A DNA stretch of 64,000 bases, taken from NCBI GenBank assembly GCA_951406725.2, contig OX597815.1, forward strand, positions 29,698,001-29,762,000. The letters run 5' to 3'. Positions within the stretch are counted from its first letter, which is position 1, and every line of letters begins with the position of its first letter. This stretch comes from Octopus vulgaris. Lineage: Eukaryota. This document shows positions 25,560 through 39,335 of this stretch, piece by piece. The notes beneath the pieces were generated by a model, which was not told where the DNA came from, did no database searches, and worked only from the letters and a program-made list of their open reading frames with translations. A program made the translations under genes and the position numbers.

Positions 25560-26400
25560 GATTTGTGTAAAACCTTTTATGATAGGTAGGGTATCATTTT
25601 ATCTACCTTGAATTTTATATTGGTTTATTATGGAGAGACTGGGGACACAAAAAGTACTCGATGGATACTGTTGTTGCAGATTCTCTCTGTGGGCTAAATG
25701 TTGTAGTTTGATTGCTTTTAAGTTTATTTGTGCGTCGTTTTACTTTCTTTACTATGACTTCTATGTGTGTCGTGAATATTTGGAGTTGTACGTAACTCCT
25801 AGTAGTTTTGTCCCCTTCTTGTGCATGTGTAGTATGTTGATGAGTGTGATGGTTGGTTGTACTGGAGGCTCTCTAGTGTTGTTGGTAAGAAAAGAAGAGA
25901 CAGTGAATTTGGTAGTTGCTTACATTAATTCAGATGTTGTGAACCTTGATTTCTAAGTGATTTATGTCGGGTTGGAGTAGTTGTGTAACTGTCTGGCGAA
26001 TGATAAGAGGATATAAGTGTGACGTCATGTGCGTTAGAGGATATCTGTATGTTCTGCGAAAGTGTGGTAAGGTCGTGTTGGAATAGACTTTTTAATGAAA
26101 TCATATGTAGAAGGATTTTTTTCATGTAGTGGCAGGGACTTTCGGGGTCGACGCTTGCTGTGACAACAAAAAGTACCCGTTGCATGCCCAGGTGGTCATC
26201 CACAAATGGCAGTGAGAAAATGTCGTTCAGGTATCGCTCGAAGAGAGTTATAAACGGAGTTTTCAATGATCCATTAACTGATGTTGAGTGCTGTTTTAAG
26301 GCATGGGTACACTGGACAGTTACCCGGAGGCCTCAAGAATCTAGGGACCCAATTCTAATCTATGCCGTAACTTTGTTGGCAATGAATAATTACTATAGGG
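25560..26400 (-). mobile_element. LINE (I/Jockey-like) RT remnant
   Basis: GSLKTPFITLFERYLNDI, AHDVTL (YADD-equivalent), KLLGVTYN, RRTNKLKAI. Confidence 0.6.
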
Positions 26401-26418
26401 CTCAGTGGATTGATTTGC

Positions 26419-26748
26419 TCGGCGGCAAATCGCTAAGACGGCGGCAAATCACTGTTAAGACGACAGCAAATCACTGTTAAGACGGCGGAGAACCACTGCT
26501 AAGACGGCAGAAAACCACTGCTAAGACGGCGACAAATCATTGCTAAGACGGCGGGAAATCACTACTAAGACGGCAGCAAATCACTGTTAAGACGGCAGCA
26601 AATCACTGTTAAGACGGCGACAAATCACTGCTAAGACAGCGGCAAATTACTGTTAAGACGGCGGCAAATCGATGCTAAGACGGCGGTAAATGGCTCTTAA
26701 GACGGTAATAAATCACTGCTAAGACTGCGGCAAATCCCTGCTAAGATG
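26419..26748. repeat. 22-bp minisatellite (ggcggcaaatcactgytaagac), about 15 copies
   Basis: Direct reading. Confidence 0.95.
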
Positions 26749-27269
26749 GTTCTGCATATGTAATTTCAAATGTTTTGCTCTTGTCCACTTCGGAAGGAGC
26801 TAATTTGTCAACCCGCGGGTAGAGGTGAATACTGAACTCTGAGGGTGTTAGAATGACGTGTTGTTTTCTAGTGTTACTATTTGGTTGTCCTGTGTTGTGT
26901 TGTTTAATACCTCATCGAACAACCCTCAGATAAAAATCATTACACTATGACCATCCCTGCTTGTTCCTATGTGGAGAGAACCCAAAACCACATTATCCAA
27001 TCTGCTTTTCTCAGATCGTAGAGTATGAGGGAAATGTGGCTGCTATTTCATGCATTTTGAGTGACCACATAGAGGGTCAATCAGACAGTGGTGTGGGCGA
27101 ATGGCGGTGTTCAGGGATATATATTTTATAACGTTGTATCGTTTCTCTTAATCTATCTTTTGTCGTTCAATCTCTCCTTCTCTTGCAGTTCTGCTTTTTT
27201 CCTTTTCTTTCCATTTATTCTAATTATACCATTCCGAATCTTCTTCCTTCTATTCTCTCTATCCTTCTT

Positions 27270-27625
<356 letters not shown>

Positions 27626-28683
27626 ATCTGCCTGCCATCTAAATCTCAACTAAACCACCACCACCGCCACCACCACCTTAGCCAATTCTCAGTCTCACTG
27701 TGAGAACATACAATTAATTACATTAATAACTTATTTCCAATTCTTCACATCCCAGTGGGAGTCGTCGTCGTCGTCGTCGTATCTTTAACCGAGAACATAT
27801 TTGATACATGCACTGAAGAGCCTGAGGTAAGTTAAAGAAAGACGAGGTTGTGATCGAGCTAGTTAGTCGCTATCATTGGGGCATGTAAAGCAGAAGAACA
27901 CTTCCTGTTTGAAAGATTTCATTACAAGTAGAACAAAAAAAAAAAAAGAAAATATGAAAAATTCTTAAATCGATACAAATTGTATTAGAAATTAAAAGCG
28001 AAAGTAAAAGAAATATTAGTAAACAAAAAGTCATACCTACAAGGGAGGTAATTCTATTTTACCTCAAACAGAGTTAGTGTTCGTTTTGTCTCGCTAAATT
28101 ACGTAAAAAAATCTACGGGGACTTGACAATGGTGGTAGTGGTTGTATGTGTGGGTGTGTGAGTATGTTTATGCGCGCGCATGTGGTGTGTGTGTGTATAT
28201 GTGTGAGTGTATGTGTGAGTGTGTGTGTGTGTGCATATGCGTGTCGAGAATTTGTGTCTGTGTTCAATAAAGAATACATGTCTACATATGTACTTGTTTG
28301 TGAATTATATACAAATATAAAGCAGGCACACACACATATTATATTGATATATAGGTATATATGTATGTACACTCACCCCCATATATATATATATATATAT
28401 ATATTTGCCTCTCTCCATATATATATGTAGATACATATGCCTACACAAACATACACACATGTATACATATGTGCTTCTGTGTTCTTGTTGTTTTTGTTAT
28501 TGTTGCATCATGTTTTCTTCAAAAAAGATTTACCAAAATTACGTTTATATATTTGTGTTGCAAGATTCCTGATGTGAAATCGTATGTTGAAACAGATTGT
28601 GCTATATTTTGGGATGGTCATATATATTTTTTGCCAAGTAACCACACACACGATATACTCGGTCTTTAGTCTTCACTTCATCC

Positions 28684-28744
<61 letters not shown>

Positions 28745-28745
<1 letters not shown>

Positions 28746-28960
28746 TCAGTATCCTTTGTGTGAAATCTTTTGTCAAACGTTCTGTGACCTCTTCAAAGAC
28801 TCTTCATCATACCAACGTGTCCCCCCCCCCCTGTCCTGTTTTCTTCTGTGAAGACAGCATGGACAAAACAGGACAGGAGGAGACACATAGGTATGATGGA
28901 AAGTTATTGAAGAGGTCACAGGGTGTGTGATGAAAGATTTCAGACAGAAGACATTAAAAT
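28745..28960. repeat. Imperfect palindrome, MITE-like
   Basis: ctgtgacctcttcaa/ttgaagaggtcacag, catcatacc/ggtatgatg, cctgtcctgtttt/aaaacaggacagg. Confidence 0.75.
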
Positions 28961-29271
28961 AAGAATGAAAATAATGCTGAAGTGAATGTAACATTATTTA
29001 TCCAAATTCTTCTTTATATAGTTTAAACCAGTGGCTAACAAGTTACAGTTCTTCTTTTTCTGAACCAAGACAGTTCCAGGTGACCATGTGAGTTATTTTA
29101 TGTATCTGTTTGCACCTATATAATGGATGCATAGCTCTTTAGTATGATTGTGCGCTCGTGATTACTTTGAATGTTTGTGTACATGTATTATATGTTATTA
29201 CACGTTTATGTTTATTCCGGGATAATCGAATGGAAAATCTCTGGAATATTTTGCAAATCTCCCCTGTACCA

Positions 29272-29560
29272 TTGTTGTTGGCATCCTTTTTGTCTCGGGA
29301 GACAATGGAGTTGCGCATAAAATAATCTAGTCCGGCTTTTACATTTCATGTCCTAATACATTTCCTGCTGTGGCTGTGTAGTCCTATCCTGGACAAACAC
29401 TCCCTCTGGCAAGTGCCGCAAATGTAGCGAAGACTTTGCCTGGCTGGTTGTAATGTCATAGTTTCTTGTTGACGTCTTTTCTTGTCTTCCTATTTCTCCT
29501 CTCTCTCTGTCACTCCTTTGTATTCCCTACGGTACGTCGCCAATCTCCACGGTTGCTGGC
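29272..29560 (-). mobile_element. RTE LINE 3' end, 5'-truncated, 27-bp TSD
   Basis: Homologous to 39040-39335; TSD aatattttrcaaatctcccctgtacca at 29245-29271 and 29561-29587. Confidence 0.85.
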
Positions 29561-30007
29561 AATATTTTACAAATCTCCCCTGTACCACTAAACCACTAAT
29601 TGACTTGAATCTGAAAAATGTCAATCTGTCAACTTATCCTTTCTTGGAAAATCCCAGCATTTCTAGATATTTTTGAAAATCTGTTGTTGCATAGCCCATT
29701 GCAGCTATGCTAATGTCAGGATCTATAGGCAATATACAAATGACGATCTATAGGTAAAATACAAGAACTGTTAGTTCTGCATTAATTAATATTTGGTAGG
29801 CAGGTGAATTCTTGTCCTTAATATCATTGAACATCCTTAGGTTTGCTGTATTCGAACCAGGTTGCCGTTTTTAATGTTCCTTCAATGATTCGTTATAAAC
29901 GCCTTAAGAGGTTCTGCAAACAATGATATATGTATGAGTGAGTTGAAAAATACACTGGAAGAATAATCGGACATTCCATATTATAGAATTACAGAACACA
30001 CCGTTCC

Positions 30008-30048
<41 letters not shown>

Positions 30049-30397
30049 GTACCAGTGATTGTAGGATCTCTAGGAATGATAATTTTAATATTTCTATTAT
30101 TGAAAACAAGTGGATGTATTCCACCGAAGCTAGGTAAATAAAACCTTCGAACAGAGATTGTCAGAAGCGACACCTACTGGTCTGGCTACGCTGCATTGAA
30201 AAGGGGCAATACCACGAAACGCGTCTGTAGCTGCCGGTCAAGTAGTGTGGAGCGACTGACCTCCCTTGTTCGAAGGTTATATGGATACAGTTTGTGTATC
30301 AAATAGCTAACTTAAGGCGATGGCCTCATGGAGCTAATAAGCGGACAGCTTTATTCTTATTTTTATAAGAATGCCATATTAGTATGGCGATAACTAT

Positions 30398-30466
<69 letters not shown>

Positions 30467-31096
30467 GGTGGTGCCCCAGCATGACTGCAGCTTTGAAGTT
30501 GAAACAATTTTCGGTTTCCTTGTATGCCTCCACTGTCATTTTTTAGTTTCCAACTTTGACTCTCCATAAATCTTAAATATTATTTTAGAATTTATGGGGC
30601 AACTATCTTTGAAGACTCATATTGTCGTTGAACGGTCGAAATGAGGAGTAGATAGACAGCCGACAACTGATGAAGAGTCCTCTCTCTGTGTTAACTTGTC
30701 CAGTTTTCCATTTTTTTCTTGTTGTTTACGTATTTCACTCATTTCCCCCCTCGTTTGTTTATGCATTTCATGTCATTTGCATCGTTGGTGACGTCCTGTA
30801 CCCATATATGCGTGTGTACATAGGATTAGATTAAAGTCGGCAAAATCGGTAAAACACATCGAAACGAACAGTTTTATATCCAGCATGCCAAGAAACACCT
30901 GTTGAGGTTCGTGAATGACTTCATAAGGTGTTTAGCATAGGGAAAAATCCTTAGGAATCTTATCATTCAACAACGCATCTGAACTTAACGAGGCATATCT
31001 TATTTTATTCATCCGCCTGTCCGCCCAAACCCTTCTATCCGTCCATCCGTCCGTCCGTCCGTCTGTCTGTCTGCCTGTCTGTCTGCCTTGAAAATA

Positions 31097-31302
31097 TACT
31101 CTTTCATTCCTTTACTTGTTTCAGTCATCTGACTGCGGCCATGCTGGAGCACCGCCTTTAGTCGAGCAAATCGACCCCAGAACTTATTCTCTGTAAGCCT
31201 AGTACTTATTCTATCGGTCTCTTTTGCCGAACTGCTAGTTACGGGAACGTAAACACACCAGCATCCGTTGTCAAGTGATGTTGGGAGGACAAACACAGAC
31301 AC

Positions 31303-31377
<75 letters not shown>

Positions 31378-31545
31378 TATGTACGACAAGCTTCTTTCAA
31401 TTTCCGTCTACCAAATCCACTCACAAGGCTTTGATCGGCCCGCGGCTATAGTAGAAGACACTTGCCCAAGGTGCCACGCAGTGGGACTCTCCCGGAACCA
31501 TGTGGTTGGTAAGCAAGTTACTTACCACACAGCCACTCCTGCACC
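31097..31545 (-). mobile_element. SINE family A, full length
   Basis: Head, internal (CA)n, tail; matches other copies. Confidence 0.9.
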
Positions 31546-31617
31546 TATATTTAAATATATGTTTTATATGCTTCTTTTTTTTTTAACCTCACTGTTTCAA
31601 TATTATATTATATATAA

Positions 31618-31848
31618 GGCGGCGAGCTGGCAGAAACGTTAGCACGCCGGGCGAAACGCTTAGCGGTATTTCGTCAGCCGCTATATTCTGAATTCAAATT
31701 CCGCCGAGGTCGACTTTGCCTATCATCCTTTCGGGGTCGATTAAATAAGTACCAGTTACGCACTGGGGTCGATCTAACCGACTTAACTTTTGTCTGTCCT
31801 CCTCTATCCCCTCTATGTTTACCTCCTTGTAGGCAATAAAGAAAGAAA
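31618..31848 (+). mobile_element. SINE family B, monomeric
   Basis: ggcggcgagctggcagaaacgttagc head; flanking aatattatattatata duplication. Confidence 0.85.
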
Positions 31849-32415
31849 TATTATATTATATATGCATATTTATAAATACTAACCTAATATTTGCTGGAGG
31901 CAGAAATGTGAGCAGAAATTCTCGTTCAATGCTTAATTGAATAAACGAATGATTTAAGTCATATTAATAGCTTACAGCAGCTCTATGGTATACACAGCAC
32001 GATGAAATCTTTTAAGTCTGAATGTTATTTGATTTTCGTATCAACATTGTGTTGATTAAATGTGTACTTTCCCTTTGTCTTCTAATGAAGTATGTGGTAC
32101 TAAATGTACGTAACCAGCTTGAGGGACCTGCGATGATGGTACTAAATTTGTGCCTCTAAAACTTATAGTCCAAAAGTCAAACTTTGCCTTTCTGGTCGAT
32201 GTTGGTGCCGACAAATATTAAGTTTACACGGGCTCAAACGATGACCACCAACAACACCACCACATGTTGCTGCGGCTTTGCTTTCCATATAGATATATAG
32301 GTATATGGTTGAACATTTACATAATTGTGTCATAATTATATTGTCCATCTGAATAATATCCCACAAATCTCAACTGTTTGAAAATATACATCAAGCGCGC
32401 TCGTACACAAACACA

Positions 32416-32458
<43 letters not shown>

Positions 32459-33028
32459 GCGCGCGCGCACACACACACACATGTGAGTTTGTTTCTAAAC
32501 AATTTCAGTATCAAAAAAAAAATTGTTTCAAATTTTGGTACAAGTCCAGCAATTATAGAGAGACGGGTACCAGTGCTCGAATGGTATTTATCATATCGAA
32601 CTCGAAAGGATGAAAGGCAAAGTTGTCCTCGACGGTATTTGCGCTCAGAACGTCAAGACTTGCAAAATGCTTAGCAGCATTTTGTCCGGTTCACCACCTT
32701 TACATCAAAAATATAATAATCGTAACCTGAAGAATATATGGAAAACAGCTGGTGAATATCGTGTGTAGTCAAAATTAAAATATTAACTATTATAACACAT
32801 TCACAAAGTTGAACTCACTGGAAACAGTTATCTTGTATGGAGAAAATAAGAACTTTCTCTCTCTCTCTCTTCTCTCTTTTCTCTCACGCTTGATAAATTA
32901 CTAACGCAATATAATAAAATACAGAAAAAAAAAGAAAAACTTATTTCATGAATTTCTTCTAGACCGTAATTTGTCCATCTATATGAAATATCTATACGAA
33001 TATGTTTAATTAATATACTTCGGGTTAT

Positions 33029-33075
33029 GTCATGCTGAAGATTTCTAAAAATAATGAAATAGCGCTATACATGAT
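33029..33075 (+). ncRNA. Candidate degenerate type I hammerhead
   Basis: GUCAUG CUGAAGA (weak stem II) GAAA UAGCGCUA UA CAUGAU. Confidence 0.4.
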
Positions 33076-34531
33076 TAACACTGAGTAGAAATTCTAAGGA
33101 ATTCGTAATAAGAAAGTAGAAAAGTGAATAAATAAAATGATGGGTGTATGTTATATGCTATACATCTTTCTTCTTTATTAATTTCAAATTTATATACCTT
33201 ATCTCACTAGATATTATGAAGAAATGCTTATCTTCCTTGTATTAACTATTCACCAAGGGATTCCACATATTTATTTTCGCCATTGCGTAAATATTTAGAG
33301 TAAACATCTTATTTTCGCGATTTACAACGCTAAACTGTTGTTGTACGATTTTTTATTCTCGTTTTTCCTTATAACACTGCTAGTAATTGAAAGTGTGATC
33401 AACGTAGCGTGTATAAAATATGAACTCACCACCAATTATTTTAAAATCATTTGTTACGAAATATTCAACTATTCTTTGGCAATACACATGACAATGTTAT
33501 AGTAACTCATTGTAAATCCATTGAGACGGCCTCCCTCCATGAACATCAAAGCCTAACCTATGTGAATTCAAATATTATTGATATAGTTTAAAAGTGAATT
33601 GAACTTTATTACGAAAACAATTCTGAGTATTTTTAAAATATGATCTTGATTGATTAAATATACAGTTAAAAAAGTAATTCAAACAAACTTCTCTGAATAA
33701 AGAATTTGGCTTTCATGATCTTTCTATCTTTTAGTCATTCAAACGTTGCCAGCATGGCGATCATTTTCCATTAAGAACAAAGGTCTTTCTGTCAATTTTG
33801 TAACAAAAACTGTGTGAATCGAAATATTTATTTTATATAATTTACGAGTCAATTGAATACATATTAATGTTTTATTAAGACGTACGTAAAAGAATGGATT
33901 GATTAAATATTTGTCGATTAAAAGAGATTCAAACAATTAGCAGCGTGGGCTATTTTATATTCGTGAAATCTGAAAAGTAAAATATGTAATAGTAACGATG
34001 TAAGACTGGTAAAAGAAAATGAAGTTAGAAAGTGAATGGGGGAAACTTGTTAATTGAGTGAGATGACTCAAAAAATACAGAATCACTAGTAGAAGACACT
34101 TGCCCAAAATGCCATGCAATGGGACTGAACCCGGTACCATACGGTTAGGAAGCAAGCATCTTAGCACCCACCCACGCCTAAAAACGGTTTTAAAGTAGTA
34201 ATCGATTTCGGGTGGCTGAAATGTAGTTTGACAAAATGAATGAAAGAATAATGATTATAGAAAATTGCGCTTGTGTGGGGGTAAAACTGTATAAGTATTA
34301 ACGTTATTAAATTAATGATGCATGAATTAAATTGTAAACAAAAAAATATTTGAAATGTATATTTGTCTAAGGATGATAATTACAAATATATAAATGTATG
34401 AATTCATACGACGGAATGTTCCAATGAAAATGTTTGAAGAAAATTCCGCTTGTGTGTTTGAATTAAATATGTATATGATTAAATCATAAACAAAGTATCA
34501 AAAATGTATATTTGTTCGAGTAAGTTAAGCA

Positions 34532-34618
<87 letters not shown>

Positions 34619-34660
34619 AATGTGTGTGTGTGTATATATATATATATATGTATGTATATG

Positions 34661-34835
34661 TGGAGGCGCAATGGCCCAGTGGTTAGGGCAGCGGACTCGT
34701 GGTCATAGGATCGCGGTTTCGATTCCCAGACCGGGCGTTGTGAGTGTTTATTGAGTGAAAACGCTTAGAGCTCCACGAGGCGATCCCTGCTGTACTCTTT
34801 CTCTCTTCTGTTGGCCTGCTCACTTAGCGGTGATC
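34661..34835 (+). mobile_element. SINE family C, truncated
   Basis: Head matches 12001. Confidence 0.8.
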
Positions 34836-34838
34836 ACG

Positions 34839-34880
<42 letters not shown>

Positions 34881-35006
34881 ATGAGGGGTTTAGTTTACTG
34901 GTGATCTAAACGAATAAGTAAGTACTATAATTGGTCATCCGTTAGGTTCCAATTTCACAACTGAGGCTGGACCTGAAGTTCCGTGTTAGGTTTCCGTGTT
35001 AGCAGG

Positions 35007-36157
35007 TATATATTAGAGGAAAATGACAAGAAAAACCAAGGCAGGACAAGTATCTCAAGTCATTTATAATAATTTAGTTATGTGGATATTCCAAGTGATA
35101 GGCTAGCTTGTCCATGCACCGGGTATTCCTATGAAAGTTCTAGACAAAGAAATTTACTGTTTATAAGGAATAGTGGATAGAATAAAGAGTAAAGTAGATA
35201 GAAGAATACTGACAGCAGAATAAAGTTCACAGTTCATCGTTTTCCAGAGGGCATGTGAAGGTACAGGCCCTTATGTATAACCCCAGCTAAATCCAGGCAG
35301 CATTTTAGCAGTATTTTTTTATTTTGATTTTTTGAATGATGCACTCATGTTGAAGTAATGGATTAAATGGTTAGCTGGTATGTAAATGGTTCACATGGGT
35401 ATATAGAGTGAGAAAGACAGACATCAAGATAGACAGAAGTGGGTTGTGAGTTAGTGGATAGAAGAGAGAGGAGAAAGAGAGAGAGAGAAAGAGAAAATGA
35501 CAAGAATGTGATAGGTGCGGGAAAAAATGAATGACAGCGAAAGTAAAATCAAAAATCAAAAAATCAAAGTCAAAATAAGAAATAAAAATATAAAGAATAA
35601 AGATAGAGATAAGATGCCAGCATTCTTCGTAAGTATCAGTTCGAAGTGAGAGGTCAGGCGTTAAGGTTTTGGTAAAGTGGAAGAGGAAACTACTTATGTA
35701 TATTAATTGAATAGATGGAATCTAGGTTAGGTGTGGTCAATGGTCAGTAGGGATAGCGAAAAATAGATGCTTAGCTTAAGAGGGTATATATACAATTAAA
35801 TGGATAAATGATACAAATTAAAGAATTAGAATTTAAAAGTTAACAGTTAAATTAAGAATTAAAAAAACTCACTTAAAGCTAGTTTCTGAGATACTTATGT
35901 TGATAGAGGAGAAAAGGAAAGGAAAAACGTACCTATATTGTAACGACCATGGTTGCACATAGGTAAGTGTTATGTGTGTTGATTTTGCTTGCATTAGGAC
36001 CTATGGAAGAGTCTAAAGGTGCGAAAAAACTTATGCTTACATGTAGAAAATGCTTCGTGTTGTTTATTGTGTGACTGTGGTGAATTATTGAGTAATTGCT
36101 TACATGTATAAATGACCTGAGATACTCGTCCTACCTTGGTTTTTGTTTTCCTTTTCC

Positions 36158-36168
<11 letters not shown>
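35007..36168. mobile_element. 1.16-kb element with about 60-bp terminal inverted repeats
   Basis: 35007-35068 is the imperfect reverse complement of 36107-36168; TA-rich flanks. Confidence 0.6.
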
Positions 36169-36197
<29 letters not shown>

Positions 36198-36431
36198 GTG
36201 TGTGCATGTGTGTGTGTGTGTGTGTGTGTAGAAATGCTATAATTTCTAAATCTCTCTAAAGGAGAGATACAGCAGTAGTACTGAGTATAATATTTATTGT
36301 CAAACTAACGTGACAAACTAACAGAAATAGGACGAATGTTGCTATTAGCTAGCTATATGATGCATAAACCTGCAACCATAAACCCATTATTTCCATTATT
36401 TATATTTGACGGATATTTGTCTTCATCTTGT

Positions 36432-36924
36432 TTAGATGGTAAATGTTTTTCTTTTTCATTCCCTTCGAAACATTATTCCTAATAGTGGTTTGGAATTTAA
36501 CTGTCCTTTCTAGTGTGCATGGAATCGTATTATGTTTTTAAATGTACGCAGTATTTATATGAATAATACATAGCCTATTGACTAAATTTTTTTTACATGC
36601 TGGGCATTTTATTTACTGCCAACAAGGAGCTGCGCTTACGCAGTAGATTTGAAAAATTAGAATGTATCAGTACGGAGCATATACTGGATTGCTTCGTGTA
36701 TATATATTTAATCTAAGGTATACCTGCTGAAGAAGACTTCGCCTAGCAAATTATTTTATTTGTTAAAAAAGTCTGAAACCATTGGTCCAGGAGTTAGATG
36801 GTAAATGTCTTTATTTTTCATTCCCTTCGAAACTTTATCCCTAATAGTGGTTTGGAATTTAACTGTCCTTTCTAGCGTGCAAGGACTCCAATGATTGATA
36901 CCTCTTATGTATTTAAATGTACAC
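36432..36924 (+). mobile_element. Second retrozyme-like element, 362-bp unit with terminal redundancy
   Basis: Direct repeat starting ttagatggtaaatg at 36432 and 36794; hammerhead just before the second repeat. Confidence 0.7.
36723..36791 (+). ncRNA. Type I hammerhead ribozyme with long stem II
   Basis: CCUG CUGAAGA AGACUU..UAGCAAAU-uauuuu-AUUUGUUA..AAGUCU GAAAC cauug GUC CAGG. Confidence 0.8.
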
Positions 36925-37025
36925 ATATGTATTCTCGTGCACTCACAGACCCTCACGCATCCACATATATAATCGTTTTTTTGTTATGCGTATATATATA
37001 TGTATATATATGTATAGATATATAT

Positions 37026-37433
37026 CTTTTACTCTTTTATTTGTTTCAGTCATTTGACTGCGGCCATGCTGGATTACCGCCTTTAGTCGAACAAATCGAC
37101 CACTGAACTTATTCTTTGTAAACCTAGTACTTATTCTATCAGTCTCTTTTGCTAAACCGCTAAGTTACAGGGACGTAAACACATCACCATCGGTTGTCAA
37201 GTGATAGTGGGGGGACAAACACAGATACACAAACACATACACACATACATATATATAAAAACATATATACGACGGGCTTCTTTCAGTTTCCATCTACCAA
37301 ATCTACTCACAAGGCTTTGGTCGGCCTGAGGCTACAGTAGAAGACACTTGCCCAAGGTGCTACGCAGTGGGAATGAACCCGGAACCATGTGGTTGGTAAT
37401 CAAGCTACTTACCACAGAGCCACTCCTGCGCCT
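37026..37433 (-). mobile_element. SINE family A, full length
   Basis: Matches other copies. Confidence 0.9.
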
Positions 37434-38549
37434 ATAAAACAATTACGAGCTTGCCATATACATATATATATAGACATATACACACACCCATATAAGCAAG
37501 TATCTATATATATCCATACAAATTTGCCTAGTTTCCGCCCTCCTCTTCGTGTGTTTATTTTTCTCTTTTTCCCCTTCTGTCCTTCTCTCTCCCCATCTCT
37601 TCGTATGCCGACATCTATATCACCGCTTACTCTGGCATATCACTACTGTCGCCTACAGCTTATTAGTAGGTTGTTGCCAATGATGCGGAGATATGTGGAA
37701 TAGATGCTTTTGATAGAACAGATAACTTGGTTAAGTCGTCAGAGAAGTGAGAATTTTGATGAATTACTGTAAAGCGTGGAAGCGAAAACAGAAAAAAGTA
37801 AAGGAAAAAAGGCGTTTTAAAAAAGCAGTCTTTGTTTGGTGAAATCGCGATTTTATTAAGGTATAAATTCATTAAAAGCCTAAATCTATTAAAATTTTGC
37901 GCGTTCCCTTGTGAATGCATCCTATTTTAGTTTGTTTCTTTAAGGTAATTCGACAAAATCATTTTCTTAAAGGAAAATCTTCCAACCACACACCTTTCCT
38001 TCCGATAATTGATGCAAATACTTTATACGAATAGGATGCACGACATTTATATTCTGCATTCGATATCAGTAATCAGGCTTTCACAAACATAGACACACAC
38101 ACACAATATATACACTCTTCTTCTTCATCCTATCTGTTTTCTCACTAAAAGTGTATACAAACGTTTCAAAAAAGTGCTCAATACGAAGCATGGACTAATA
38201 TAATTCTTTTTTTTGGGGGGGATCGGTGGATCTCCAAGCACATAAAGCTATAAACGATAGTTTGTAAATATTGGATTAAAATCCTTTTGGATAGAAAGAG
38301 ACTCGGACCTACTTATCCTGTAAACATGAAAGGCGTTCTACCGCTGAACCAAGGCAACCACTCGAATTTATTCATTTTAGAAACTTTATTCTTATCGGCG
38401 AGAATTGTATGTTGCTGACGTCACAAAAATTTACAAACTTCAAAAAGAACGTGAAATAATTCGTCTTTGGAACAGTGTATCTCGAAGTACATAAATCTAT
38501 AAATAATAGCGTGTAAATAATGGGTGATATTTATTTGTAAGAATTAAGG

Positions 38550-39335
38550 TAGCCGAGCTCAACATACGCATTGGCAAGGCTGCTGCTGTGATAGCTCAAG
38601 TCTCCAAACGGGCATGGGACAACAACAAGCTGACCAAGATCACAAAAATGAAGATCTACCAGGCATGTGTACTTAGCATTCTACTGTATGGCAGTGAGAC
38701 CTGGACGCCTTACACACACCAAGAGCGTCGCCTAAATATCTTTCACCTGCAATGCCTCCGGAAAATCCTTCTCATCAAATGGCAGGATCGTGTCCCTAAT
38801 AAAGATGTCCTCAAGCAAGCAGGAATACCAAGCACGTTTTCATTCCTCACACAAATAATTATGAGATGGCTTGGACATGTTAATCGTATGGAAGATGGCA
38901 GAATCTCCAAGGACATACTTGACAGAGAGCTTGCTAGGGGCACTAGATCTGTTGGAAGACCGTTCTTACGATACAAGGATGTTTGCAAAAGGGACATGAA
39001 TGCCTGCGACATCAATATTAGCAACTAGGAAGCGGTTGCCAGCAACCGTGGAGATTGGCGACGCATCATAGAAGAAGGAACACAAAGGAGTGACAGAGGG
39101 AAAGAGGAGAAATGGAACAAGAAAAGACGACAACAAGAAACTATGACATTACAATCAGCCAGGCAAAGTCTTCGCTATATCTGTGGTCACCTGCCAGAGG
39201 GAGTGTTTGTCAAGGATAGGACTACACAGCCACAGCAGGAGATGTAAATGACATGATATGTAAAAGTCAGACTGGACTATTTTATGCGCAACTACCATTG
39301 TATCCCGAGACAAAAGGATGCCAACAACAACAAAG
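38550..39335 (+). mobile_element. RTE-clade (BovB-like) LINE, 5'-truncated
   Basis: RIGKA...IYQACVLSILLYGSETWT...RWLGHVNRMEDGR...RYKDVCKRD; (CAA)n tail. Confidence 0.92.

Noticed and set aside
26419-26748. CRISPR-like regular repeats
   Set aside because: Contiguous units with no unique spacers, no cas genes, eukaryotic context
27756-27826. Plus-strand exon with gag|gtaagt donor and CTGAAGA motif
   Set aside because: Low-complexity (GTC)n frame; no hammerhead stems
30183-30232. Hammerhead-like motif (GAAACGCGUC, GCUAC/GUAGC stem)
   Set aside because: CUGANGA core is disrupted; at most a dead remnant
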